DNA from: Sphingomicrobium sp.
GTDB taxonomy: Bacteria; Pseudomonadota; Alphaproteobacteria; Sphingomonadales; Sphingomonadaceae
Assembly (NCBI GenBank): GCA_039929125.1
Contig: JBDSRV010000073.1
Location: forward strand, 16,639 to 80,638
Reading direction: 5' to 3'
Length of the DNA stretch: 64,000 nt
The translations under genes and the position numbers were made by a program. Below, one piece after another: positions 19,499-27,391 of this stretch. Under the pieces are notes generated by a model. That model was given only the letters and a program-made list of their open reading frames with translations, ran no database searches and had not been told where the DNA came from. The number at the start of each line of letters is the position of its first letter. Position 1 is the first letter of the stretch.

Positions 19499-20674
19499 AT
19501 GGCCATGACGCCCGACGCGCTCCGCATTGCCCTGTTCTCGGGCAATTATAACTATGTCCGCGACGGTGCGAACCAGGCGCTCAACCGGCTGGTCGGTTTC
19601 CTGCTGCGGCAGGGCGCGCATGTCCGGGTCTATTCGCCGGTGGTCGAGCATCCGGCGTTTCCGGCGACCGGCGACTTGGTCGGCGTGCCGTCGCTGGCAA
19701 TCCCCGGGCGCGACGAATATCGCGTGCCGCTGGCGCTGACGCGGGAGGTGCGGCGCGACCTTGCCGCCTTCGCGCCGAACATCGTCCATATCGCCAGCCC
19801 CGACATCGTCGCCCATCGCGCGGTCAGCTGGGCGCGGGCGCGCGGCATCCCCGCGGTCGCATCGGTCCACACAAGGTTCGAGACCTATTTGCAATATTAC
19901 CACCTGCAGACGCTCGAGCCGGCGGTGCGCGCCATCCTGCGGCGGCTGTACCGGCGCTGCGACGCGATCGTCGCGCCGGCCGAATCGACCGCCGCGATCC
20001 TCCGCGCCCAGCGGATGAACCGCCACATCTCGATCTGGTCGCGCGGGGTCGACCGCGAGCAGTTCAACCCCGAGCGGCGCAGCGCCGAGTTCCGCCAAGC
20101 GCACGGCATCGGCGACGACGAGATGGCGGTCGCCTTCCTTGGCCGCCTGGTGCTCGAAAAGGGCCTGGACGTGTTCGCCGACGTGATCGACGCCGGCCGG
20201 GCGGCGGGGGTGCCGATGAAGGTGCTGGTGATCGGCGACGGCCCGGCGCGCGGCTGGTTCGCCGAGCGGATGCCGGGCGCGGCGTTCACCGGGCAGCTGA
20301 CCGGCGCCGAGCTGGCGACCGCTTTGGCCTCCGCCGACGTGTTCCTCAACCCATCGATCACCGAGGCGTTCGGCAACGTCACCCAAGAAGCGATGGCCTG
20401 CGCGCTGCCGGTCGTCGCCGCCGCCGCGACCGGCGCCAACAGCCTGGTCGTCGACGGGGTCAGCGGCATGCTGGTTCAGCCCGACGACCTTGACGGCTTC
20501 GCCGAGGCGCTGGCGACCTATCAGCGCGACCCGGAATTGCGCACGCGCCACGGCGCCGCCGGCCTCGCCTTCGCCAAAACCCGCGACTGGGACGAGATCA
20601 ACGGCGCCGTGATGCGCTTTTACCAGCAGGTCATCGCCCGGCGCGAACGGCTCCAGCGCAAGCTCGGGCGCTAG
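19499..20674 (+). CDS. GT4 family glycosyltransferase
   Basis: FSGNYNYVRDGA, SVHTRF, GRLVLEKG, EAFGNVTQEAMA. Confidence 0.9.
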   Translation: MAMTPDALRIALFSGNYNYVRDGANQALNRLVGFLLRQGAHVRVYSPVVEHPAFPATGDLVGVPSLAIPGRDEYRVPLALTREVRRDLAAFAPNIVHIASPDIVAHRAVSWARARGIPAVASVHTRFETYLQYYHLQTLEPAVRAILRRLYRRCDAIVAPAESTAAILRAQRMNRHISIWSRGVDREQFNPERRSAEFRQAHGIGDDEMAVAFLGRLVLEKGLDVFADVIDAGRAAGVPMKVLVIGDGPARGWFAERMPGAAFTGQLTGAELATALASADVFLNPSITEAFGNVTQEAMACALPVVAAAATGANSLVVDGVSGMLVQPDDLDGFAEALATYQRDPELRTRHGAAGLAFAKTRDWDEINGAVMRFYQQVIARRERLQRKLGR

Positions 20675-21306
20675 CTGCCGAGCCGCTCGATCCGCTGCGC
20701 CGCCTCATCGAGGATGGCGGTGACTTCATGGACCGCCTTCTCGCTCCAGCCGTCACCCCGGACTCGGTTGCGCATCGCCTCGCGCAGATTGTTCATCGCG
20801 CGATGGATCGGACGATAGCCGGTTTCGGTCTCGGCCGGCCGGGCCGCATCGAGCCGGGCAAGCAGGCTCGCCACCTCGTCCTCATGCTCGGCCAGGTGCG
20901 CGGTTCCGGCGTCGGTCGCAGCGTAAGCCTTGCGCGCGCCTTCGGACGCTTGCTCCTCGATCAGCCCCATGTCCTGGAGCAGGGTCAACGTCGGGTAGAT
21001 GACGCCCGGGCTGGGCGCATAGTCGCCGCCGGTCAGCTCCTCGATGGCGCGGATGAGGTCATAACCGTGGCGCGGTTCGTCGGCGATCAGCCTGAGCAGC
21101 ACCAAGCGAAGCTCGCCCGAGCCGAACATCCGCCGCCGTCCGCGTCCGCCGCCACCGCCGCCGCGCCCGCGCCCGCCGCGATGCCCGCCGAACGGGAAAT
21201 CGCCGGCGTCGCCGAAGCCCGGGCCGAAGCCCTGCCACCCGCGCCCTGCGTGAAAGCCGTCGCCCGAGCGGTCGCGCGGCCGGCAATGTGAAAAATGAAA
21301 TCGCAT
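20671..21306 (-). CDS. PadR family transcriptional regulator (YqjI-like) with Gly/Arg-rich N-terminal arm
   Basis: GELRLVLLRLI, HGYDLI, PSPGVIYPTL winged helix; RBS AGGA before ATG 21306. Confidence 0.88.
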   Translation of the reverse strand: MRFHFSHCRPRDRSGDGFHAGRGWQGFGPGFGDAGDFPFGGHRGGRGRGGGGGGRGRRRMFGSGELRLVLLRLIADEPRHGYDLIRAIEELTGGDYAPSPGVIYPTLTLLQDMGLIEEQASEGARKAYAATDAGTAHLAEHEDEVASLLARLDAARPAETETGYRPIHRAMNNLREAMRNRVRGDGWSEKAVHEVTAILDEAAQRIERLGS

Positions 21307-21326
21307 GGTGAATCCTTTATGTTTCA

Positions 21327-21351
21327 TAAGATAGCACTCGGATATATCTTA
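21327..21351. promoter_or_regulatory. Inverted repeat TAAGATA-N11-TATCTTA, probable PadR operator
   Basis: Exact 7-bp inverted repeat in the AT-rich padR/rarA divergent gap. Confidence 0.55.
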
Positions 21352-21405
21352 ACTAGTGCGTTTACAAGGGGGATACAGTTTCCCCGGCGGCGGTTAAGAC
21401 CAGGC

Positions 21406-22719
21406 ATGGCCGACTTATTCGCCCCCGAACCGTCGACGGAAGCCGAAGCGGCGGCCGGCTCGCCGCTCGCCGACCGCATCCGCCCGCGCTCGCTAAGCGA
21501 GGTCGTCGGACAGGAGCATCTGACCAGTGCCGACGGCGCGATCGGGCGGATGGTGGCGGCGGGAAAACTATCGTCGATGATCCTGTGGGGCCCGCCCGGC
21601 ACCGGCAAGACGAGCATCGCCCGGCTGCTCGCGGACGCGGTCGGGATGCGGTTTGTTGCGCTGTCGGCGGTGTTCTCGGGCGTCGCCGATTTGAAGAAGA
21701 TCTTCGCCGAGGCGCGTCAGATGGCCAAGGCCGGGCAGCGCACCTTGCTGTTCGTCGACGAAATTCACCGCTTCAACCGCTCGCAGCAGGACGGCTTCCT
21801 GCCCTATGTCGAGGACGGCACCATCACCCTGGTCGGGGCGACGACTGAGAACCCCAGCTTCGAATTGAACGCGGCGTTGCTGTCGCGCTGTCAGGTGCTG
21901 ATCCTCAACCGGCTCGACGCGCAGGCGCTGGGCCGGCTGATCGAGCGCGGCGAGGCTTTGGCGGGGCGGCCGATGCCGCTGACCCCCGACGCGCGCGACG
22001 CGCTCATCGCCAGCGCCGACGGCGACGGGCGGTTCGTCCTCAACCAGGCCGAAACTCTGCTCGATTTGAAACTTGACGCCGCGCTCGATCCGGCCGGGCT
22101 GGCGCAGCTGCTGCAGCGGCGGTTGGCGGTCTATGACAAGGACCGCGAGGGGCATTACAACCTCATCTCGGCGCTCCACAAATCGATCCGCGGGTCGGAC
22201 CCGCAGGCCGCTCTGTATTATCTCGCGAGGATGCTCACCGCGGGGGAGGAGCCGCTGTTCCTGCTGCGCCGGCTGGTCCGCGCCGCGGTCGAGGATGTCG
22301 GGCTCGCCGACCCCCAGGCGCTGGTCCAGTGCCTCGCCGCCAAGGACGCCTACGACTTCCTCGGCAGCCCCGAAGGCGAGCTGGGAATAGCCCAAGCCTG
22401 CCTCTACCTCGCCACCGCCCCCAAATCGAACGCCGTCTATGTCGCGCAGAAGGAGGCGTGGCGATCGGCCAAGGAGACCGGCTCGCTGATGCCGCCGATG
22501 AACATCGTCAACGCGCCGACCAAATTGATGAAGCAGATCGGCTACGGCCAGGGCTACGACCACGACGCCGAGGGCGGCTTTTCGGGCGCCAATTACTGGC
22601 CCGACGATCTGCCCCCGCAAACCTACTACCGCCCCACCGACCGCGGCTTCGAAGCCAAGGTCAGGGAACGGCTAAAGTGGTGGGAAGCGAGGCGCGCAGA
22701 TCGTGCGGGGCACGATTGA
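21406..22719 (+). CDS. rarA: Replication-associated recombination protein A (MgsA)
   Basis: PLADRIRP, GPPGTGKT, FVDEIHRFN, GATTENP, ISALHKSIRGSD. Confidence 0.95.
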   Translation: MADLFAPEPSTEAEAAAGSPLADRIRPRSLSEVVGQEHLTSADGAIGRMVAAGKLSSMILWGPPGTGKTSIARLLADAVGMRFVALSAVFSGVADLKKIFAEARQMAKAGQRTLLFVDEIHRFNRSQQDGFLPYVEDGTITLVGATTENPSFELNAALLSRCQVLILNRLDAQALGRLIERGEALAGRPMPLTPDARDALIASADGDGRFVLNQAETLLDLKLDAALDPAGLAQLLQRRLAVYDKDREGHYNLISALHKSIRGSDPQAALYYLARMLTAGEEPLFLLRRLVRAAVEDVGLADPQALVQCLAAKDAYDFLGSPEGELGIAQACLYLATAPKSNAVYVAQKEAWRSAKETGSLMPPMNIVNAPTKLMKQIGYGQGYDHDAEGGFSGANYWPDDLPPQTYYRPTDRGFEAKVRERLKWWEARRADRAGHD

Positions 22720-22802
22720 GCATCTTGCTCGGCGCAAGGAACGGCGGGGGGACGAGTGAGCGCATCGCGCGGTGCCGAGCGCAAAAACACTTTTAACGAC
22801 CA

Positions 22803-22836
22803 TTGATTCATTACCGTGAGTGTGTATGATGCGCAC
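22803..22836 (+). promoter_or_regulatory. hicAB promoter (TTGATT-N16-TATGAT) overlapped by imperfect palindrome GTGTGTATGATGCGCAC
   Basis: Motifs read directly; the -10 lies 7 nt before the hicA ATG. Confidence 0.55.
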
Positions 22837-22837
22837 G

Positions 22838-23017
22838 ATGAAGAGTGCGGATCTCATCCGGGAGGTGCAGTCCGCTGGATGGCTGCTCGATCGGGTTCGC
22901 GGTTCGCATCATGTGTTCAAGCATCCCGATCGCCCTGGCCACGTGGTCGTACCGCACCCGAAGAAGGATCTCGGCCCCGGATTGATCGCCGCCATCCGCA
23001 GGCAAGCGACGCGATAG
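22838..23017 (+). CDS. hicA: HicA mRNA interferase toxin
   Basis: GWLLDRVRGSHHVFKHP, VPHPKKDL; 59 aa. Confidence 0.92.
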   Translation: MKSADLIREVQSAGWLLDRVRGSHHVFKHPDRPGHVVVPHPKKDLGPGLIAAIRRQATR

Positions 23018-23026
23018 GAAACCGAC

Positions 23027-23431
23027 ATGCGCTACCCAATTGCAATTGAGTCTGGCACGGAAACGACTGCCTTTGGTGTGGTTGTTCCCGATTTGCCCGG
23101 ATGTTTTTCCGCTGGCGACAGTCTTGATGAAGCGCTCGCTGGCGCCGAGGAGGCCGCCGCCGCCTGGGTCGATGCCGCGCTCGACGCGGGCGACGCGATC
23201 CCTGCACCATCGAGCCTCGACGCGCTCCGGCAGAACCCGGATTTTTCCGGTTGGACGTTCGGCGTCATCACCCTCGACCCTGCATCGCTCGACGACACTA
23301 CCGAGCGAGTCAACATCACCCTCCCCCGCCGAGTGCTCAAGCGCCTTGACGCCTTGGCCCGGGCCGCCGGAGAAAGTCGCTCAGGCTATATCGCGCACCT
23401 CACCCTGGAAGAACCTCGCCGGGCGGCTTAG
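23027..23431 (+). CDS. hicB: HicB antitoxin with C-terminal ribbon-helix-helix
   Basis: YPIAIE, VPDLPGCFSAGDS, RVNITLP, ESRSGYI. Confidence 0.92.
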   Translation: MRYPIAIESGTETTAFGVVVPDLPGCFSAGDSLDEALAGAEEAAAAWVDAALDAGDAIPAPSSLDALRQNPDFSGWTFGVITLDPASLDDTTERVNITLPRRVLKRLDALARAAGESRSGYIAHLTLEEPRRAA

Positions 23432-23449
23432 GCCCTGCCCGCTGGTTGG

Positions 23450-23477
23450 GTTAATGCCTCACGCGTGCGGCATTAAC
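23450..23477. repeat. Near-perfect 28-bp palindrome downstream of hicB
   Basis: GTTAATGCC-T-CACGCGTG-C-GGCATTAAC; one mismatched pair. Confidence 0.8.
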
Positions 23478-23619
23478 GAAGAGGCGAATCACCATGATCC
23501 CTCGGGTCGATGACACGGCCTCCTAAATGAATCGCCCTTTGGCGCGAGATGATTTTGGGCGGTTGAGGGCGGCGCAATAAGGGGTAGAGTGGCGCTACCA
23601 TTTCAAAAGGGACGCCTTT

Positions 23620-24921
23620 ATGTACCAGACCCAGCCCCCCGCCCAATATTGGCAAGCCCAGCTCGTCGAGTGGGGGCCGCGCGTGCTGTTCGCCGTCCTC
23701 ATCCTCGTCGCCACCCACTTCGTCGCCAAGGCGGTGCAGTGGGCGGTGTCGCGGCTGATCGACAAGATGCCGATCCTCAAACGCCACCCCGACGTCGGCG
23801 GCGACAGCGTCGGCAAGGAATTGGGCCGCCTCGCTTACTGGCTGGTGTGGCTGGTCGGGCTGATCGCGGCGCTCCAGCCGCTCGGCCTGTCGGGCGTGCT
23901 GACTCCGGTCACCAGCATGACCAACGAGGTGTTTGCGTTCCTGCCGCGCCTGCTCGGCGCCGGGCTGTTCTTCTTCGCCGGGCTGATCCTGGCGCGGATC
24001 GTCCGCCACATCATCGAGGCGGCGCTGGGCGCGCTCAACCTCGAGAAATTACTCGGCCGAGCGGGCCTCAGCGTCGGCGATGCCCCGCTCAGCGTCGACA
24101 GCGCCGGCACCGCCGCGCCGGGGACCGTGCCCGCGCGCAACTCGATCGCCCGCGCGGTCGGGGTCACGGTGTCGGCGGTGATCATCATCTTCGCCTCGAT
24201 CGGCGCGTTGCAGATCCTCCAGATCTCGGCCATCTCCGACCCGGCGACATCGATGCTCAACACCATCGCCACCGCCATCCCCAACGTGCTGGCGGCGCTG
24301 ATCATCCTCGCCATCGCCTTCTTCATCGGGCGCTGGGTCAAGACGCTGATCGAAACCGTCCTGCCAAGCCTCAACTTCGACAATAGCGTGCGCGCGCTCG
24401 GCATCATGCCGGCGGGGACGACCCCGTCGCGGGTGGTCGGGTCGATCGCCTTCACCGCGGTGCTGATCGTCGGGCTGATGGAGGCGGCGCGCAAGATCGG
24501 CGGCGATTCGAGCGCGGCCCTGCTGTTCCAGATCACCGAGCTTGGCGGCAAGGTGATCTTCGGCACGGTGATCATCGTCGTCGGGCTGTTCCTGGCGCGG
24601 ATCCTCGCCGGGCTGGTCGGCTCCTCGACCGGCGAGGCGGGCTATGCCCAGACGGTCGTCAAATATGCCATCATCGCCTTGTTCACCGCGATCGGGCTGA
24701 CCTTCATGGGGCTGGCCGACCAGATCGTGATGATGGCGTTCGGGCTGATCCTCGGCTCGGCCGCGATCGCCACGGCCCTGGCGTTCGGGCTCGGCGGGCG
24801 CGACGCCGCCGCGCGGATGCTCGAGGATTGGCAGCGCGGCAACGGCAGCATGGCGCCGCCGCCGCCGCCGCGGCTGAAGAAAGCCAACCCCGCCGACGAC
24901 AACCAGCCGCCCTTGGTCTGA
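23620..24921 (+). CDS. Multi-TM protein with repeated conserved TM-helix modules (CmpX/mechanosensitive-channel-associated family)
   Basis: Repeats of type FLPRLLGAGL / AIPNVLAALIIL; C-terminal ALAFGLGGRDAA. Confidence 0.75.
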   Translation: MYQTQPPAQYWQAQLVEWGPRVLFAVLILVATHFVAKAVQWAVSRLIDKMPILKRHPDVGGDSVGKELGRLAYWLVWLVGLIAALQPLGLSGVLTPVTSMTNEVFAFLPRLLGAGLFFFAGLILARIVRHIIEAALGALNLEKLLGRAGLSVGDAPLSVDSAGTAAPGTVPARNSIARAVGVTVSAVIIIFASIGALQILQISAISDPATSMLNTIATAIPNVLAALIILAIAFFIGRWVKTLIETVLPSLNFDNSVRALGIMPAGTTPSRVVGSIAFTAVLIVGLMEAARKIGGDSSAALLFQITELGGKVIFGTVIIVVGLFLARILAGLVGSSTGEAGYAQTVVKYAIIALFTAIGLTFMGLADQIVMMAFGLILGSAAIATALAFGLGGRDAAARMLEDWQRGNGSMAPPPPPRLKKANPADDNQPPLV

Positions 24922-24923
24922 CC

Positions 24924-25274
24924 ATGCGACTGGGGTCGTGGGACGACGTGGCCGCGTTCGCCCTGACGCTGCCGGGAACCGAGATGTCGACTTACTACGG
25001 CGGCCCGGCGATCAAGGTCGCGGCCAATGGCCGTCCGCTCGTCTCGCCGTCGCGCGAGCCGGACTCGTTCGTCCTGCATATCGACGGCGATACCAAGGCG
25101 ATGCTGATCGAGACCGACCCCGCGACCTTCTGGCAAACGCCGCATTATGACGGTTGGCCCGGCCTGCTGGTGCGCTACGGCAGCGCCGATCCCGAGCGGG
25201 TCGAAGCCATGATCGAGCGCGGTCGCACCCAGGCTGCCGCCAAACGCCCCGCCGCCCCGCGCAAGAAAAAATGA
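24924..25274 (+). CDS. MmcQ/YjbR family protein
   Basis: ALTLPG, YYGGPAIKV, FWQTPHYDGWPGLLVR. Confidence 0.78.
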   Translation: MRLGSWDDVAAFALTLPGTEMSTYYGGPAIKVAANGRPLVSPSREPDSFVLHIDGDTKAMLIETDPATFWQTPHYDGWPGLLVRYGSADPERVEAMIERGRTQAAAKRPAAPRKKK

Positions 25275-26122
25275 CGCCGCACTTTGCCGGAACCGTCGCC
25301 ATCGACTGGTCAGGCGCCAAGGGCACAAGGCACAAGGGGATTGCGGTTGCCGAGGCGCGTGGCGGGGAGGCGCCGCGGCTGGTGCGGGCCGGCCACGTCT
25401 GGTCGCGCAGCGAGGTGCTCGACTGGCTGATCGAGCGCGCCGCCGCCGAACCGACCCTGTTCGGGTTCGACTTCAGCTTCGCGCCGCCGTTCATCGAGCG
25501 CGGTGCCTATTTGCCAGGTGAAACCGGCGTGCCCGACCATGCCCGCGCCTTCTGGGCCTATGTCGACGCCCGCGCGCCCGACGAGGACCTTGGCGCGGCG
25601 AGCTTCCTTGAGACCGTCCACCGCAAGCATTTCTATTTCGGCATCGCCGACGGGGCGAAGGCCGACTTCGTCCATTTCCGCACCTGCGACGCGGCGTTGA
25701 ACGCCCAGGGCGGGCGCAAGACCGCATCGGCCTATAACGCGATCGGCGCAGCGCAGGTCGCCAAGGCGAGCTTCGCCGGGATGCGCCTGCTCCACCGGAT
25801 CGACGGCCGGGTCGCGATCTGGCCGATGGACCCGCTCCCCGCGCACGGCAGCGCGGTGGTCGAAATCTACACCCGCATTGCGATCCGCAACGCCGGCCTG
25901 CCCGGCAAGAAGATCCGCACCGCCGAAGAGCTCGATCTCGCCCTCGCCGCGCTGGGCAGCAAGCCGGCCCGGCTGGCCCACGTCCCGAGCGACCACCAGA
26001 CCGACGCGCTGATCACCGCCGCCGCCATGCGCGCCCACCTGACGCACCCCGCCGCCTTCGCGCCCGCCGACCTGTCGCCCGAGATTGCCCGCACCGAAGG
26101 CTGGACGTTCGGCATCGTCTGA
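25271..26122 (+). CDS. Hypothetical protein, predicted RNase H-like nuclease fold (DUF429-like)
   Basis: VAIDWSG, GFDFSF, VEIYT, HQTDA acidic motifs; ATGA overlap with upstream gene. Confidence 0.55.
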   Translation: MTPHFAGTVAIDWSGAKGTRHKGIAVAEARGGEAPRLVRAGHVWSRSEVLDWLIERAAAEPTLFGFDFSFAPPFIERGAYLPGETGVPDHARAFWAYVDARAPDEDLGAASFLETVHRKHFYFGIADGAKADFVHFRTCDAALNAQGGRKTASAYNAIGAAQVAKASFAGMRLLHRIDGRVAIWPMDPLPAHGSAVVEIYTRIAIRNAGLPGKKIRTAEELDLALAALGSKPARLAHVPSDHQTDALITAAAMRAHLTHPAAFAPADLSPEIARTEGWTFGIV

Positions 26123-26157
26123 CCCATGCTCGCCGCTCCGCCAGCGGGGAGACGAAC

Positions 26158-26862
26158 ATGGCCTTGTCCCACGTCCATCCCGAGCGCCATCTGGTGGCGC
26201 GGATCGGCTGGCTTCGCGCCGCGGTGCTCGGTGCCAACGACGGAATCGTCTCGACCGCCAGCCTGATCGTCGGGGTCGCCGCCGCCGCTTCGTCGCGCGG
26301 GGAGATATTGCTCGCCGGAGTCGCCGGGCTGGTGGCGGGCGCGATGTCGATGGCGGCCGGCGAATATGTCTCGGTCAGCTCGCAGGCCGACACCGAGCGC
26401 GCCGACCTTGCCCGCGAAACCGCCGAGCTGGCCGCCGACCCGGCGTTCGAACAGCGCGAGCTGGCCGCGATTTATGCCGCGCGCGGGCTCGACCAGGCGA
26501 CCGCGGAAACGGTCGCGGCGCAGCTCATGGCCGGGGACGCGCTCGGCGCCCATGCCCGCGACGAGCTGTCGATCACCCACGTCTCCACCGCCCGCCCGGT
26601 GCAGGCGGCGCTGACGTCGGCGGCGACCTTTACCACCGGCGCGGCGCTGCCGCTGGCGGCGGCGTGGCTGTCTCCGCCCGGCCAGGCGATGATCGTCGCG
26701 GTATCGGTGGCGTCGTTGCTGTTCCTCGCCGTGCTTGGCGCGGTCGGCGCCCAGGCGGGCGGCGCGCCGGTCGGCCGCGCCACGCTGCGGGTGGCGTTCT
26801 GGGGGGCGCTGGCGATGGCGGCGACGGCGGCCATCGGGCGGCTCGCGGGCGCGGCGGTGTGA
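26158..26862 (+). CDS. VIT1/CCC1 family Fe/Mn transporter
   Basis: LRAAVLGANDGIVST, GAMSMAAGEYVSVSSQ, HARDEL. Confidence 0.92.
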   Translation: MALSHVHPERHLVARIGWLRAAVLGANDGIVSTASLIVGVAAAASSRGEILLAGVAGLVAGAMSMAAGEYVSVSSQADTERADLARETAELAADPAFEQRELAAIYAARGLDQATAETVAAQLMAGDALGAHARDELSITHVSTARPVQAALTSAATFTTGAALPLAAAWLSPPGQAMIVAVSVASLLFLAVLGAVGAQAGGAPVGRATLRVAFWGALAMAATAAIGRLAGAAV

Positions 26863-26911
26863 CAGGTCTGGACGGGCCGCACCTGCTGGCGATAGAGGGC
26901 GTGCGCGGATG

Positions 26912-26984
26912 GCCGGTTTAGCTCAGTTGGTAGAGCAGCGGTTTTGTAAACCGAAGGTCGCGGGTTCGACTCCTGCAACCGGCA
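26912..26984 (+). tRNA. tRNA-Thr (anticodon TGT), CCA not encoded
   Basis: GCCGGTT/AACCGGC acceptor, AGCTCAGTTGGTAGAGC D-arm, TTTGTAA loop, GGTTCGACTCC T-arm; followed by CCG. Confidence 0.95.
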
Positions 26985-26999
26985 CCGCAGCGCCCAGCC

Positions 27000-27194
27000 T
27001 TATCCCCGATGGCCGCGCTTTTCCTCGGACATTTGCTGCCCGCGCGCCTTCATCGACTGCTGGAGCAACCGGTCGGAGGTTTCGGCGGCAGCTTCGGGGC
27101 TGAGCTTGACGTCGACCGAGTCGGGTCCAGTGACCGTGACATGTCCGTCTTCGGCGCCGACGTCGCTCGGCTCATCATAAATCTTGTCATCCAT
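27000..27194 (-). CDS. Small acidic hypothetical protein (64 aa)
   Basis: MDDKIYDEPSDVGAEDGHVTVTGPDSVDVKLSPEAAAETSDRLL...; host-like codons. Confidence 0.7.
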   Translation of the reverse strand: MDDKIYDEPSDVGAEDGHVTVTGPDSVDVKLSPEAAAETSDRLLQQSMKARGQQMSEEKRGHRG

Positions 27195-27293
27195 GAAGCA
27201 TGGAAAACCCTTCGCCGGATATTGGTTCCGCACCGCCCTCCGGCCCAAGCATCAATATTCTGAATAAAAACGAAAACTATTTTCATTCGCGCC

Positions 27294-27318
27294 GGAACCA
27301 ACCGCGTAGCCCGCCGTT
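27294..27318 (+). promoter_or_regulatory. EcfG/RpoE2/SigT-type general stress promoter
   Basis: Exact GGAAC-N16-CGTT, intergenic, with an AT-rich tract upstream. Confidence 0.7.
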
Positions 27319-27323
27319 ATGTC

Positions 27324-27391
27324 AGCGTGGTTCACTTCTTCGGAAGCGAACCATGGAACCCCGGCAACTTCGGTTGCCGGGGTTTACTTTT
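27324..27391 (+). ncRNA. Candidate ~65-nt small RNA with two C(UUCG)G hairpins
   Basis: Downstream of the promoter motif; hairpin 27327-27354, perfect 12-bp hairpin 27357-27384, then TACTTTT; no credible ORF. Confidence 0.6.
27357..27391 (+). terminator. Intrinsic terminator
   Basis: AACCCCGGCAAC-TTCG-GTTGCCGGGGTT followed by TACTTTT. Confidence 0.75.

Noticed and set aside
19499-20674. GT4 enzyme as carotenoid glycosyltransferase
   Set aside because: CrtX is a GT1-type enzyme; this gene is separated from the crt cluster by two unrelated genes and looks like a lipid mannosyl/glucosyltransferase.
22724-22790. Long imperfect hairpin after rarA as MITE or sRNA
   Set aside because: Short stem (GCTCGGCGC/GTGCCGAGC), no second copy in the window, no promoter; best explained as a transcript-end structure.
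23478-23530. Fluoride or other riboswitch upstream of the TM-helix gene
   Set aside because: Only a GAGGC/GCCTC pairing; the conserved GGCGATG...TGATG arrangement is not present.
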